A stretch of 64,000 bases of DNA, from NCBI GenBank assembly GCA_964016885.1, contig OZ024742.1:65658001-65722000 (forward strand), read 5' to 3'. Source of the stretch: Eledone cirrhosa. Lineage: Eukaryota. Below, piece after piece: positions 1-12,954 of this stretch; within the stretch, counting starts at the first letter, position 1, and each line of letters opens with the position of its first letter. A program made the translations under genes and the position numbers. The notes beneath the pieces were generated by a model that saw only the letters and a list, made by a program, of their open reading frames with translations, ran no database searches and was not told where the DNA came from.

Positions 1-77
1 ATCTACGTGTGTATACATATGTGTAAACACATATAAGCATATATATGATATATAAATACATCATATATTCACACATG

Positions 78-79
<2 letters not shown>

Positions 80-124
<45 letters not shown>

Positions 125-613
125 TATATACACATATACATACATGTACATACATCATATATATATATTTATATATATATATACACACACACATATACAT
201 ACACATATATATTCATATGTGTGTGTATGTGTGTCTTTGTGTGAGCATGTGGTGTATGTGGTGTTTGCTGTATTCATTGTAATGATGCTTCTGTTGCTGT
301 TTAGTGATTATACTACTTAATTTTGTCTTGAGATGTTATTGTCTATTTATATATTTTTCCTATTTTTCTTTGGCTCGTTCATGAGATTAAATGAATTTAG
401 AAATAAACTGGGGGGTGTCAACCGTATTAATTTAAAGTAGAGTGCATTGTTTTGTTGTCAGTTTAAATGACGACACTCATTCACGCAAACAAGTATCTGT
501 ATATGAACACAGACATATTTATTTGTGTATGTGTGTATGTGTGTATGTGTGCGCGTATATATATATATGTAATTATAATCTGGTAATTTATAAATTACGT
601 GTATGTGTGTGTG

Positions 614-692
<79 letters not shown>

Positions 693-712
693 ATATATAT
701 ACATATATGAAA

Positions 713-762
<50 letters not shown>

Positions 763-804
763 CATATATGAAATATATGTATATATGAAATATATGTATA
801 TATG

Positions 805-891
<87 letters not shown>

Positions 892-938
892 CATATATTT
901 CATATATGTATATATACACACATATATATATATATATA
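80..938. repeat. (TA)n-dominated microsatellite cluster; representative of dozens of (TA)n/(CA)n/(GA)n tracts across the window
   Basis: Direct reading; source of the YIYI/THTH/CVCV pseudo-ORFs. Confidence 0.95.
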
Positions 939-1310
939 CCGATAGTTAATTAGATAAAGCTTCAAGAGAAAAAACAACGCTCAATAAAAGCTATTTATTA
1001 TCGTATCTCCATTGTTTTTGAACAACATATTGAAGTAGATTTTTAAAATGTATTCCTCATTACTTCAATATCCTTTACATCAGCGGATCGGTAGAATCAT
1101 AAATAATATTAATTTATACAATGTGATATTATATTCTGAGTTAAAATCCCGAAGAGGTCATCTTTGAGACTAATAATTCCGCGGAATATCCCACACATTC
1201 TCGAGACGATAATAGGAGGATAAAAGCAAAAATCGTTCGGGAGCGATTCTTATCGTCGATGAAGGCAAACTCTGTAATCTCTCTTGCCCTCTCTCTCTAT
1301 ATATCTAGGA

Positions 1311-1401
<91 letters not shown>

Positions 1402-1619
1402 AGAGGGAAATAGATGGATGGGGAGGTAGATCGAGAAGAAAGAGAAAGGCATAGATTGACAGATAAAGGAATGGAGACGGAGATGGAGGAGAGGCAGAGG
1501 GAAAGGTAGAGAACGAAAGGGTTGATGGGAGGAAGAGATGGAAACAGAGAAAGAATGAGCTCGAGAAAGAGGAATAGAGAAATGCAGACAGAGGGAAAGA
1601 GAGAGAGAGAAAGAGATAG

Positions 1620-1680
<61 letters not shown>

Positions 1681-1964
1681 GAGAGAAAGAGATAGATAGA
1701 TAGATAGAGAGGGGGAGAGAATTGTGTGTTTTTTCGGGGGATGCTTTACTGGCATAACCGTGTTGGTATTCGTGCATGGCTTATTTGTGTGATTTTTGGA
1801 ACATATCCGGCAGTCACATTCTAGCCTGGAAGAGTGGGTGGTCATCCTGTGTTTAGCGACTATGGCGTAGAAAGTAGTATTGTGGGTGCCACTGAAATGT
1901 TTGATGACAGTGCCATTCCTCTCAGATCACCCCCACCTCATCAAATTCTTCAATCATTATCACC

Positions 1965-2195
1965 ATCATGACAGTGTATTAGCAGAATTGTTCGAATGTC
2001 GGACAAAAGGATTTCTGACATTTTCTCTGTCTCTTTACGTTCTGAGTTCATATCCCACCGAAGTCAACTGTTTGTTTTATCTTTATAGGGTCTATAAAAT
2101 AAAGTACCAGTTAAGTACGGGAGTCGATGTAATCGGCTTTCTCCACGCCCCATATAACTGGCCTTGTACTTGTAGAAATCTTTATTATTATCATA
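1965..2195 (+). mobile_element. Old tRNA-derived SINE with Nin/Deu-like core
   Basis: ctgagttcatatcccaccgaagtcaact...ggtctataaaataaagtaccag...ctggccttgtac; diverged relative of the young copies at 42424 and 60239. Confidence 0.75.
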
Positions 2196-2599
2196 ATTTT
2201 TTCTACAAGTACCTTAAATGTTCAAATCAATCGTTTAGAGATTTTCAAATGTACATCTTTATTAGGCATTTTGATTTAAGACTGATCATGAGCTGAGAGA
2301 GTGGTCATTTGTTTGTTTTTTTATACCGATAGAGCTAATTTAAATATTTACTTAATGAATTATTTAAATAAATCACATTACGAAAAAAAGGGATAGTGAA
2401 AGATGGAATACAAGAAGGTTAGGAAATAGGAAATTTCCTCAACATTTTTTTCAGATTCGAGGTTTTCTTTCTCTTGTTCAAAGTTAAAAAGAAAATATTT
2501 GATTATGTCTGACAGGCTAGGACGTCGATTATTACCCAACCATCATCAACTCCTTTGTAACCATCACCGTTACAATACTTTCCACCATCGTTACCTTAA

Positions 2600-3750
2600 A
2601 TCGACGTCGAAATGTGGTTTCCTTCATAAACAAGGCAACGCCGTTTTTCAATGCAACACAGTATTGGGTCGAGGCATCTGATGTAAGTAAAGAGGTCTTC
2701 AGGTGAACATTTTACAACCTGGCAAACTCTTGGTGTCAGATGTGGGAAAAAAATATTCAATAGAAGTCTGTTAACATAACACAGATTGGAGTAATTGACC
2801 ATCAAAATTAAACAAAATTAAACCTAATGAATTAAGGATGTATAGGTTTTTACATGGCGCGCGAGAAAAAGAGTGATAGCATTATGCCTCAATGTAGAGC
2901 ATGCGGTAAAAATAGCCAGAAAAAAGATAATCATTACTGCTGTCGTATATAGGGCGACAGTAATTAAGGTGTGACATAACAATGTTTGGGACGACATTGT
3001 CATTAACGGTTTAATAATGATCTTGAAGACGTCTAAGCAGGTCGTGGGGTCAAGATCAACCGTTTACCAGAAATGATTGGTTGTTAAATAGGTGAAGAAG
3101 CTGATCATTTCTGATATCAACATTAAGATCACAAATCTCACTCAGTCCAAGTGTTGGGAACCTATAAATGTTGAGAAGGGCTGAAAGTGTTATTGTCACT
3201 GAATTTGGAATAACCATTGTTATTACTGATGCTGTTAATTACTTTATATGATTCTTTACTGTTAGTTAAGTTGGATACAAGTATTTGGTGGGTATCTGTG
3301 TTTCTACATTTTATTTAAATTTTTGTTATTTCCTTTTTTAGTTGTTTAGTGTTGAGTATCATTTCCGTTGTGATTAGTTTTGGTGTAATGGGAATCAGAC
3401 TACCTCTAATTTCCACGAAGTTCGCCATTTCGATTGTGTAATTGGGATCCTATTGGTTAAGTTGCTTTGTGGGATATGTATTTCTGTGGATGATGTCTAG
3501 AGTTACTTTGTTGAAATTATGTACTGCAGTATCTACGTTGATAATTGTGGTGTTGAATTCTGAAAAACTTAATTCTATTTCTTTGTTAAGAAAGTGCACG
3601 TTCCATTGTACTGTTTTGAAGATTGTACACGTGCTTTTGCTATTTTCAATGATGCGTTTGGTATTGTGATGATAACTTGTATGTGAACCGAAGAAAATGA
3701 GGAAATAATAATATTAGATGGGCATGTCTCGTGAAGAGTTGTAGCAATTA
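2600..3750 (-). pseudogene. Highly decayed LINE (RT-region) fragment
   Basis: Minus-strand remnants NYCRPI (cf. YRPISLL) and RVCQVVKCSPEDLFTYI (cf. GVPQGxxLSPxLFxxY); many stops. Confidence 0.3.
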
Positions 3751-4315
3751 GTTTCGAGATTTATTCCGGTGTATATCGAAACGTCTCCCTGAACTGCGCG
3801 AGAATATGCCGACCTTGTTACCTCTAAGTATAGATTATATATATAATTGATATATATATAATAGCTAAACATAGAAATGACCCAGCAGATAGGCAAATCA
3901 GAGAGGCCAGCGAAATAGAACTTAGAAAGCCAAAGCTAAACAGAAAAAAATGAATGGAATAACAACAACACCCAAATAAACAACACTGACCTAAGAGAAC
4001 TATAAATAAATAAATAAATACATACACAAGCACAATAACAACAAACACATATAAACAGAATACAACAGGAGGAAACATAATAGCACCACTGACGATGTTG
4101 CAGATGTGCAACGAAAGAACTTTGTTAGACTATATATATATGTGTTTGTGTCTATATTATATCTGTATTTTTGACTGTTGGTCAGTCAATGGTAACATTG
4201 AGGACCGAATAAATTAAATTAATTGATACAAAAGATACAGAAGCGAAAACCAACCAAACAGTGAGTGTGTTCTGTTATTAATTCTGGCAATATTATTACA
4301 CAAATATGACCCTCC

Positions 4316-4377
<62 letters not shown>

Positions 4378-4384
<7 letters not shown>

Positions 4385-5290
4385 TAACAGATTAAAGTTT
4401 AAGCAAAGAATCGGTGCTTTCACCCTTAACGGGATCTTCTGAAACTAACAAAGTCAATCTGTAAACGCAGAACTGGATATTTCAAAAAACGTTGCAACCG
4501 GAGGAAGACAGGAAGACGATACTTTGGTTCGTGGAAACATTCGCTGGCAAAGAACGGGAAAAACGAATATAATACGTCATTAATAGGAGCGGTGAAAAAC
4601 AATTACGCGCAAAGACAGAACCACGTTTATGGTATAAAAGAGGTCGTAGACTAATGTTCTTTTAGGTGGTGCATAGAGACGTTCTCTGGCAATGAACGAA
4701 AAAAACGAAGATAATACGTCATATGTAGAGCGTTGAGAACAATAGCACGCAGAGACAAAACCACGTAAATGGTATAGCAGAAGTCGTAGACTAAAATTCT
4801 AACTAGGAGACCGAATGAATCTCCGCTACAGAGTTAAGAACAAAGTAAATAAATACAATACAGAAGTAATAGAAATAAATAAATACATGCACGCAAACAA
4901 ATACGTACATACACAAGCATACGCAAAAACTTACCATAGGTAAACAAAACCACGCACATATAAATATGTGTGTGTGTGTATGCGTGTATACAAATAAATA
5001 AATAATTATATAAACGTATATAAATAAATAAATACGTATATAACAAGCATAACCAAAGTATCGTCTTCCTGTCTTCCTCCGGTTGCAACGTTTTTGAAAT
5101 ATCCAGTTCTGCGTTTACAGATTGACTTTGTTAGTTTCAGAAGATCCCGTTAAGGGTGAAAGCAGCGATTCTTTGCTTAAACTTTAATCTGTTATTTTAA
5201 TAAATATTTGCTCTACGGTTCTTATATATTTGATATATATTTATCCTTATCGAGCCCTCTTTGGATTTTAGTCTTCAAATTTATTATTAT

Positions 5291-5293
<3 letters not shown>
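4378..5293 (+). mobile_element. Fold-back HHR element, family A (putative Penelope-like 3' end)
   Basis: Inverted arms ~4378-4529 / 5051-5201, tail 5202-5293, both ends in (TA)n; internal degenerate tandem duplication ~4542-4660 / 4684-4800. Confidence 0.8.
5133..5183 (+). ncRNA. Type I hammerhead ribozyme variant (family A); mirror copy at ~4396-4446 (-)
   Basis: agtt-t-CAGAAGA-tccc gttaa gggt-GAAA-gca..tgc-TTA-aact: stems I/II/III present, U4A core variant. Confidence 0.55.
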
Positions 5294-5351
<58 letters not shown>

Positions 5352-6119
5352 CATACTTCTGTACGTCTGTATACATATATGTACGTACGTGTACATACTT
5401 ATATTTAAGTAACAGCCGTACTAAGAGTGGGAAATGAAATTTCGTTTCATTTTTTCCGTTTATATATATATATATATATTTGTGTGAGTGTGTAAGATTT
5501 CCTTTTTTCTTCTTATCGTGTGCAAATTTACTATTTATTACTACTGTCAAGTTATACGTTTTTCCTTTGATTAATTCAAAAGCACAACTCTCTCTCTCAC
5601 TCTCCTTCTCCATCTCTCTCTCACGTACACATTCATACATACTTTATCTTATTTTTGACGAAAGTCAATTTATATCTTCCTCTTTCTTTGAATCGAAACA
5701 TACACATGTTAAAAGACACTCATTTCTCAACTATCTCTGACTTTGTGCTTGAACTACGCTTGCTACACGGGAGATACACAGAGTAGTAGAATAACATATA
5801 CATATCACGAGGCTGATCCTCCCCAGAGTGGGAATGACTGATTGGAGATAAGAGTATATTTGATCTTATTGTTGGTGGGGCTGTTATTATTTTCTCTGTA
5901 AAGTCTTGTATTTCTTTGGAGTATTTGTAAATTTTTCTTTCTTTTAGTAGCATAAAAAATAAACTAGGTGGCATAAGATTGCTTGATCTGTGGATGGTAC
6001 CCGACGTTCAACCAAACATCTACGTGCCATAGGTTTACTGGGCCAGAGTTGAACAAAAGTCACACAATATTAGTGCATGCTATTACAATGAAGTATATAA
6101 CATTTGCCTACAGCAAAAG

Positions 6120-6420
6120 CTATAATTATGATGACGATGGTGGCGATAATATTGAAGACAGGGATGATGATGATAGTCATTGAGATGATGAGAATAGGTA
6201 GGATAATAATGGTAGCTATTCTGCTCTTACTGAGAAATAATGATATTGATGGTGGTGATAACGATGATGCTGCTGACGCCGGAGGTGGCGATGATACAGA
6301 TGAAAAAGAATGGTAAAAAATCCTGCTGGTGATGGTGATACTGTTGAATATGATAACAAGGAAGATGATGGTGACGGTAGAGGGGCTCATGGTAGTGGTA
6401 GTAGTGGTAATTGTAACTGA
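6120..6420. repeat. Degenerate (GAT/GGT)n low-complexity tract
   Basis: Direct reading; similar tracts at 22900-23100, 46370-46910 and 58770-58870. Confidence 0.85.
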
Positions 6421-6664
6421 TCATCAGATATTTCCCCATAAAGCTCTGCTCTTTGTGGAATGTCTTGCAGAGGCGGAAAAAAGACAGAGAGATGAGAAAG
6501 AAAAGAGATAGAGAAAGTGAAACAGAAAAGGAAAGAAAGTGGAGTTAGAGAGAACAGAATAATACAGGATTAGAGAGGAACAGATAGAATAGGTAAAAGT
6601 TAGGATGGAAGGAAGATATCAGATACCAAGTCAATTTACCTATGGAATGAAGGTGTGTGGGCGT

Positions 6665-6713
<49 letters not shown>

Positions 6714-6717
<4 letters not shown>

Positions 6718-7600
6718 AAAAAGTATGACCCCGACGGCAGAGCTCAAGCCGTTTCGACGGCTATTTCTGGACTAAATTAGAATTTTTAGCCTGGAGAATA
6801 AATAGCCAAACTTGTCAAGGGGTTACTTCCTTATATGGGAAGATTGTAGTTGTCAAGAGGATTGGTTTAAATTTGTTGTAAACACAAATAAATCTATCAT
6901 GGCATTTGGTGGGAGGTAGGGGTGGCTGAACTTGCCTGTAGAACAGTAGGGGAGTGAGTGGAGCGGACAAGCGTTGAAAGTGATATGTATACAGCAGATT
7001 CTAAGGATAGTGTATGAAGTGTTAAATCCTTTTTATTTTTGTATCAGTTTTTTCTATTCTCAACTTATTAACCTGTAATTGTAAGATAGCATTTTGATTT
7101 AAAAACATTTTTTTTAAAATTCATTTCTCACTATCTAATTTTATATATTTTTTAATTTCTTTCTATTATCTTTTATTGTCCCCTACTCTCATTCGATTTA
7201 CCTATTCTATAACCTCCCTCCTCCACTTCATACACTATCCTTAGAATCTGCTGTATACATATCACCTTCAACGCTTGACCGCTCCACTCACTCCCCTATT
7301 GTTCTACAGGCAAGTTCAGCCACCCTTATCACCCACCAAATGCCATGATAGACTTATTTGTGTTTACAACAAATCCTCTTGACAACTACAATCTTCCCAT
7401 ATAAGGAAGTACCCCCTTGACAAGTTCGGCTATTTATTCACCAGGCTAAACATTCTAATTTAGTCCAGAAATAGCCGTCGAAACGGCTTGAGCTCTGCCG
7501 TCGGGGTCATACTTTTTTCTATTTCCCACTCTACTACCGTAAGTATTGGGTACTCCGGTGCGTTATGGTCCATCTGGTTCCTTACCACATTTCTTTTGTT
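6714..7600 (+). mobile_element. Fold-back HHR element, family B
   Basis: Inverted arms ~6714-7021 / 7224-7520, tail to 7600, (TA)n on both sides; other family copies at ~47200-47255, 60668-60829 and 63826-64000. Confidence 0.8.
7411..7507 (+). ncRNA. Type I HHR with long stem II (family B), core decayed; mirror copy ~6727-6825 (-)
   Basis: acccc(c)-TTGACAA-cggctattt...aaatagccg-tc-GAAAC-ggc ttgagctct gcc-GTC-ggggt; stem I acccc/ggggt, stem III acggc/gccgt. Confidence 0.55.
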
Positions 7601-7677
7601 ATATACATATATATATATATATGCAAAAGTTCTATTTAAATTGTTGGGATACAACAAGCAAATATTATTATAACTGA

Positions 7678-7786
7678 GTTCAAATCCCGCCGAGGTTAAC
7701 TTTACCTTTCATCCTTACGGGGTCGATAAAATAAAGTACCAGTAATGCACTGGGTAATTTATGGCCTTATGCCAAAAGTAGAAACA
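7678..7786 (+). mobile_element. 5'-truncated Nin/Deu-core SINE with 14-bp TSD
   Basis: attattataactga duplicated on both sides; empty site visible in paralogous tails at ~28122-28195 and ~14550-14629. Confidence 0.9.
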
Positions 7787-9005
7787 ATTATTATAACTGA
7801 TATAAAGCACTCGACAAATATTTGGAGTAGATATACAATATTAATAAATGGAAACTATATTTATAAAACCATATTTATTTCATTATATATATTTCAAGGA
7901 TACCAAGTTAAATCATGGTATGTCTTCATCAGACAAAATACAATATATAACAGTTTTACAAATAGATATTGACGTACCCTTTCAAAAAGGTGACCGTTGT
8001 TTTTGGAGGCCATCCGGATAGTGGTTTGTTTACTTTAGTAAGTCATAGTGTTAAGAGTAAGTAAAACATGGAGAGAGAGAGAGAGAAACGTGGAGAAACG
8101 TGGAGAAAAGAAAGGGAAAGATAGATAAAGAAAAAAAGAAAGCAAAAAGAAAAGAGAACAGAGGAAAAATAACGGGGAGATATCAAAACATCAGACAGAG
8201 AAATAACTCAAGAGAGAGATATGTAGAGAACGAAAACCTTAAGTTATGTCATATTAAGTTGAGTTAACAATTGAGATGAAATGAATAAATAAAATTAGAA
8301 ATATTAATATTCGTGAATGGAATATAGATATATAATATGAGAAATTACACATTGTTTAATTATGATTATATATTTAGTTTAAAAATTGAGATCAATATAT
8401 TAAAAATTGGAATTTAAACATTATAAAATATATATATTGCTAGAGAGATTATCTATCGTATATCACATACACATAAGCAAAGGTGGATAAATATATATAT
8501 ATACTCACTCACTCAGAAAATACACATTATATCTACTCCCACACATAATGTATACATACAAAGCATAAGTGATTTTTTATCTATTGCTATACACTCCTTG
8601 TGTTATTAATTAAAAATTTTTAGTATATATAAATATATAGGATTAACTTTTCTGCATTTATGGCTGTTAAATTATGCATATCTGCAATCAAAAGCTGCAT
8701 GTGTAAGCCTGTACATTCACACCCATAATTCTTGAGTTCTTTCTCTGTCTGATGTTTTGATATCTCCCCGTTATTTTCCCCCTGTTCTCTTTTCTTTTTG
8801 CTTTCTTCTTTTTTCTTTATCTATCTTTCCCTTTCTTTTCTCCACGTTTCTCCACGTTTCTCTCTCTCTCTCTCCATCTTTTTACTTACTCTTAACACTA
8901 TGACTTACTAAAGTAAACAAACCACTATCCGGATGGCCTCCAAAAACAACGGTCACCTTTTTGAAAGGGTACGTCAATATCTATTTGTAAAACTGTTATA
9001 TATTG

Positions 9006-9070
9006 TATTTTGTCTGATGAAGGCATACCGTGATTTAACTTGGTATCCTTGAAATATATATAATGAAATA
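9006..9070 (+). ncRNA. Type I HHR (family C) with canonical core; mirror copy 7876-7940 (-)
   Basis: tattttgt-CTGATGA-aggcatacc..ggtatcctt-GAAA-tatat-ATA-atgaaata; palindromic AT stem III. Confidence 0.75.
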
Positions 9071-9106
9071 AATATGGTTTTATAAATATAGTTTCCATTT
9101 ATTAAT

Positions 9107-9249
<143 letters not shown>

Positions 9250-9254
9250 TTATA

Positions 9255-9310
9255 TATAAGTATGTATGTATACGTACATACATATATGTATACAGACGTA
9301 CAGTAGCATG

Positions 9311-9386
<76 letters not shown>

Positions 9387-9902
9387 CATACAGGTACACA
9401 TACATATATCCACGCATCAGTTTAGCGGACGCTTATTATAACGCCGCTTTGTTCGTTTGTCAACAAACTGAACAGCCTGAATTTATGCCATACGGTGTTA
9501 AGGCAACCACGTCACCTTTTTGTTCAACACTGACACAGGAACGATGTACTAGTTTCAAGCTTGTTAGCTATCATCAGCACCGTTTACCCATCTGCCAGAT
9601 AGTTGAACGTTCGAAAGTATATACTTTCCTAATGAAAATTAACGGCTGAGCAGCCTAATTTGCATATTGAGTGAGTTAAATCGGTCAGGCATACCGAAAA
9701 CGATAAGTTGAAAAAAATGAAAACGAAATTTCATTTCTCACTCTTAGTATGGCACTTACTTAAATGTAAGTATGTATGTATACGTACATACATATATGTA
9801 TACAGACGTACAGTAGCATGTTCAGTTTGTTGACAAACGAACAAAGCGGCGTTATAATAAGCGTCCGCTAAACTGATGCGTGGATATATGTATGTGTACC
9901 TG

Positions 9903-9974
<72 letters not shown>

Positions 9975-10090
9975 CATGCTACTGTACGTCTGTATACATA
10001 TATGTATGTACGTATACATACATACTTACATTTAAGTAAGTGACATACTAAGAGTGAGAAATGAAATTTCGTTTTCATTTTTTTCAACTT
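9255..10090. repeat. Complex tandem + inverted (circularly permuted) repeat unit
   Basis: tail-(TA)n-X-Y-Z-tail followed by rc(X)-(TA)n-rc(tail)-rc(Z); related fragment at ~5350-5460. Confidence 0.75.
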
Positions 10091-10113
10091 ATATTTATAT
10101 ATATATATATATA

Positions 10114-10850
10114 TCATCTCTTCATGGATTACTCGTATGTGGACCTTGACCGCGGAACCAACTACCATCCTAGGATTTTACCAACCATTTCACAACATCT
10201 TCTTACGGAATCACCTTTTTGACCCACCCACACACACACCCCCAAACAATTTTTTTCCCACACGCCACCTACACCCACAACACGCTTAAACCCCACACAC
10301 ACGTGCGTTCCACCACATATTTACACATTCAGCCTCCGGATTCCTCTCCCCCCACCCCTCTATCCACACACGCACACACACTCCGACCTACACCCCCCCA
10401 CACACACCTCTTCCTGAACATGCAACCCCGTTCTTCCCCCAACCCTTGCTTTTACATACACACACACACACACACACGCACCTACACACACACACCACCT
10501 TCAGCCCTCCCCGCTCGGACACCCCGTCTCCCTCTCCCCACTCCACCCACCACCACCCCTACACGCCCCACACCCTTCCACCACCTGTTTTACCCCATTT
10601 TAATTTTATTTTGATCATGCTTTTATTTTTATTTTCATTCGCACCGTTTCCTCCCACCCCCTTTTCGCTATATGTCTCTCCACCACTCCCCTACACACCC
10701 TTTGAACTCTCTTCCCACACACTTTTCACCTGAAGAAGGGCTTATGCCCGAAACGTCGTTCCCCACCACCACCCCACTCTCAAGAGCGTGAAATTAATAA
10801 ACATTCGTTGTACTGCCTCTCTGTTTTGTTCCTGTTTAAATTTTCCATTA
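10114..10850 (+). mobile_element. Penelope-like 3' end / pLTR fragment (family D)
   Basis: Flanked by (TA)n; contains a minimal HHR followed by AATAAA and a T-rich tail. Confidence 0.55.
10727..10760 (+). ncRNA. Minimal type I HHR (family D)
   Basis: CTGAAGA-a-gggc ttat gccc-GAAAC-GTC; palindromic ACGT in place of stem III; weak stem I. Confidence 0.7.
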
Positions 10851-10861
10851 TATATATATAT

Positions 10862-10928
<67 letters not shown>

Positions 10929-11348
10929 CGGTGCAGATGTTAAAACCTTTTATTAACATAGCTGTTATACATATTCCAATGACGAGCGAGGCTACGGGAT
11001 TGGTCAGTTATACAGCCAGTCACGTGATACCACCAGACAACATCTCATGTAATAAGGTTACGTTTCAGAGGCAATCCAATCTAAAGACAAGGGAACGGAC
11101 AGAAAGACGTTTTCATAACCGGAAAACTGCTACACAGAACTTCGCTTTTTTTCTTATTCTACATATCCTTCTTCACTGACTGATCAATTATATTTAGTAG
11201 AAAAGACCGAACGTTGAGTGCTTAAGAATGGCATTATTATTCACTGATTGGTATGTCGCATACGCAGCCCCGGTTAGCCAACATATTTACAATAAGTATA
11301 TATATATAATACTACACACACACACACACATACATATTGTATATAGTA

Positions 11349-12464
11349 CTAGCAGTAAAGCCCGGCGTTGCTCGGGGTCGCTCAGTAGCTGTGTTAAAGT
11401 TACAATGTTAAGTTTCTTTATTGGCTTAAAAACTGTAGTGTCTAATGTGCAGACTTGCATGTGGTGTTTTTGATTAATATTCCCTCAACCAACAATATGC
11501 CTTATGAAGTTAAGAAAACATAACGATAACCCGAATGTTATAACAAAAGAGGATGCTGGGGATAGAAACTGCACTGGTTATTTATTAACAAAGATCGAAA
11601 ATGTAAACACTGCAACGCAGAGAAAAACATTAGCGTAACCAAATTATCAGTTATGTCTGTCTGCACGCCTATATCACCTCTCTGCACGACTGTCTGTCTG
11701 CACGCCTATATCACCTCTCTGCACGACTGTCTGTCTGCACGCCTATATCACCTCTCTGCACGACTGTCTGTCTGCACGCGTATATCACCTCTCTGCACGA
11801 CTGTCTGTCTGCACGCCTATATCATCTCTCTGCACGACTGTCTGTCTGCACCCCTATATCACCTCTCTGCACGAATGTCTGCCTGCACCCCTATATCACC
11901 TCTCTGCACGACTGTCTGTCTGCACGCCTATATCACCTCTCTGCACGACTGTCTGTCTGCACGCCTATATCACCTCTCTGCACGACTGTCTGTCTGCACG
12001 CCTATATCACCTCTCTGCACGACTGTCTGTCTGCACGCCTAACGAAATTTACAGATACATATATTTTAAATAAACTTATATAATTTTTGCTTTTTTTTAC
12101 GAAATATTTGCTTGTTTTACGTAGTCTTTAAATAGACTTGTTTTCAAGTAAAAATATTGTTTTAAAAGGCTTTTAAATGGAAATGAAGCAAAACGGAAGC
12201 TTATGTAAAGAGAACGTAAGATGCTACGCTGAATGTAAACAGAACAAAGGGAAATAACTGATCACTTACGCTAAAAAATCGATACATTATATTCGATTTC
12301 GTCAGATAGGGCGGGTCAATTTGAAATATTTTTTTTCCGATGTCTTTGCTAGGGCTCAATGTACAAGTATAGCAATTTCGGTGCAATTCCGTCAGAGATT
12401 CTAAGAGGAGATTTGTGCCAAAAATCGATAGACAGACAGACAACCTCAGTTTTATATATATAGA
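11349..12464 (-). mobile_element. Non-autonomous Helitron
   Basis: Minus strand starts A|TCTATATATATAAAA and ends with hairpin cccgagcaacgccggg ~8 nt before CTAG|T; no TSD. Confidence 0.8.
11654..12040. repeat. 37-bp minisatellite (~10.5 units) inside the Helitron
   Basis: Unit ctgtctgtctgcacgcctatatcacctctctgcacga, near-identical, no spacers. Confidence 0.95.
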
Positions 12465-12669
12465 TTATAGATGTTTATATATATATATTTATATATATAT
12501 ATATATATATATTACTTTCCAGTGATCTACCACTAGATATATATATATATATATATATTAAATAGTATTATATATTTATGTATACAGTATTAAATATATA
12601 TTATATATATATTTTATATCTGTTGTATATAACATTGTATGTATGTATATATAATAATATAATACTATA

Positions 12670-12710
<41 letters not shown>

Positions 12711-12761
12711 CTGTATATAATATTATGTATATGTACTTGGTAAACTCTTGGTAGATTTATC

Positions 12762-12923
<162 letters not shown>

Positions 12924-12954
12924 TATATAGTATTGTATGTATGTATGTATGTAT

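Noticed and set aside
9659-9666. Octamer motif ATTTGCAT as a regulatory site
   Set aside because: Single 8-mer in AT-rich repeat DNA with no associated promoter or snRNA gene
11654-12040. 37-bp repeat array resembling CRISPR repeat length
   Set aside because: Units are directly adjacent with no unique spacers, no cas genes, eukaryotic context, inside a Helitron
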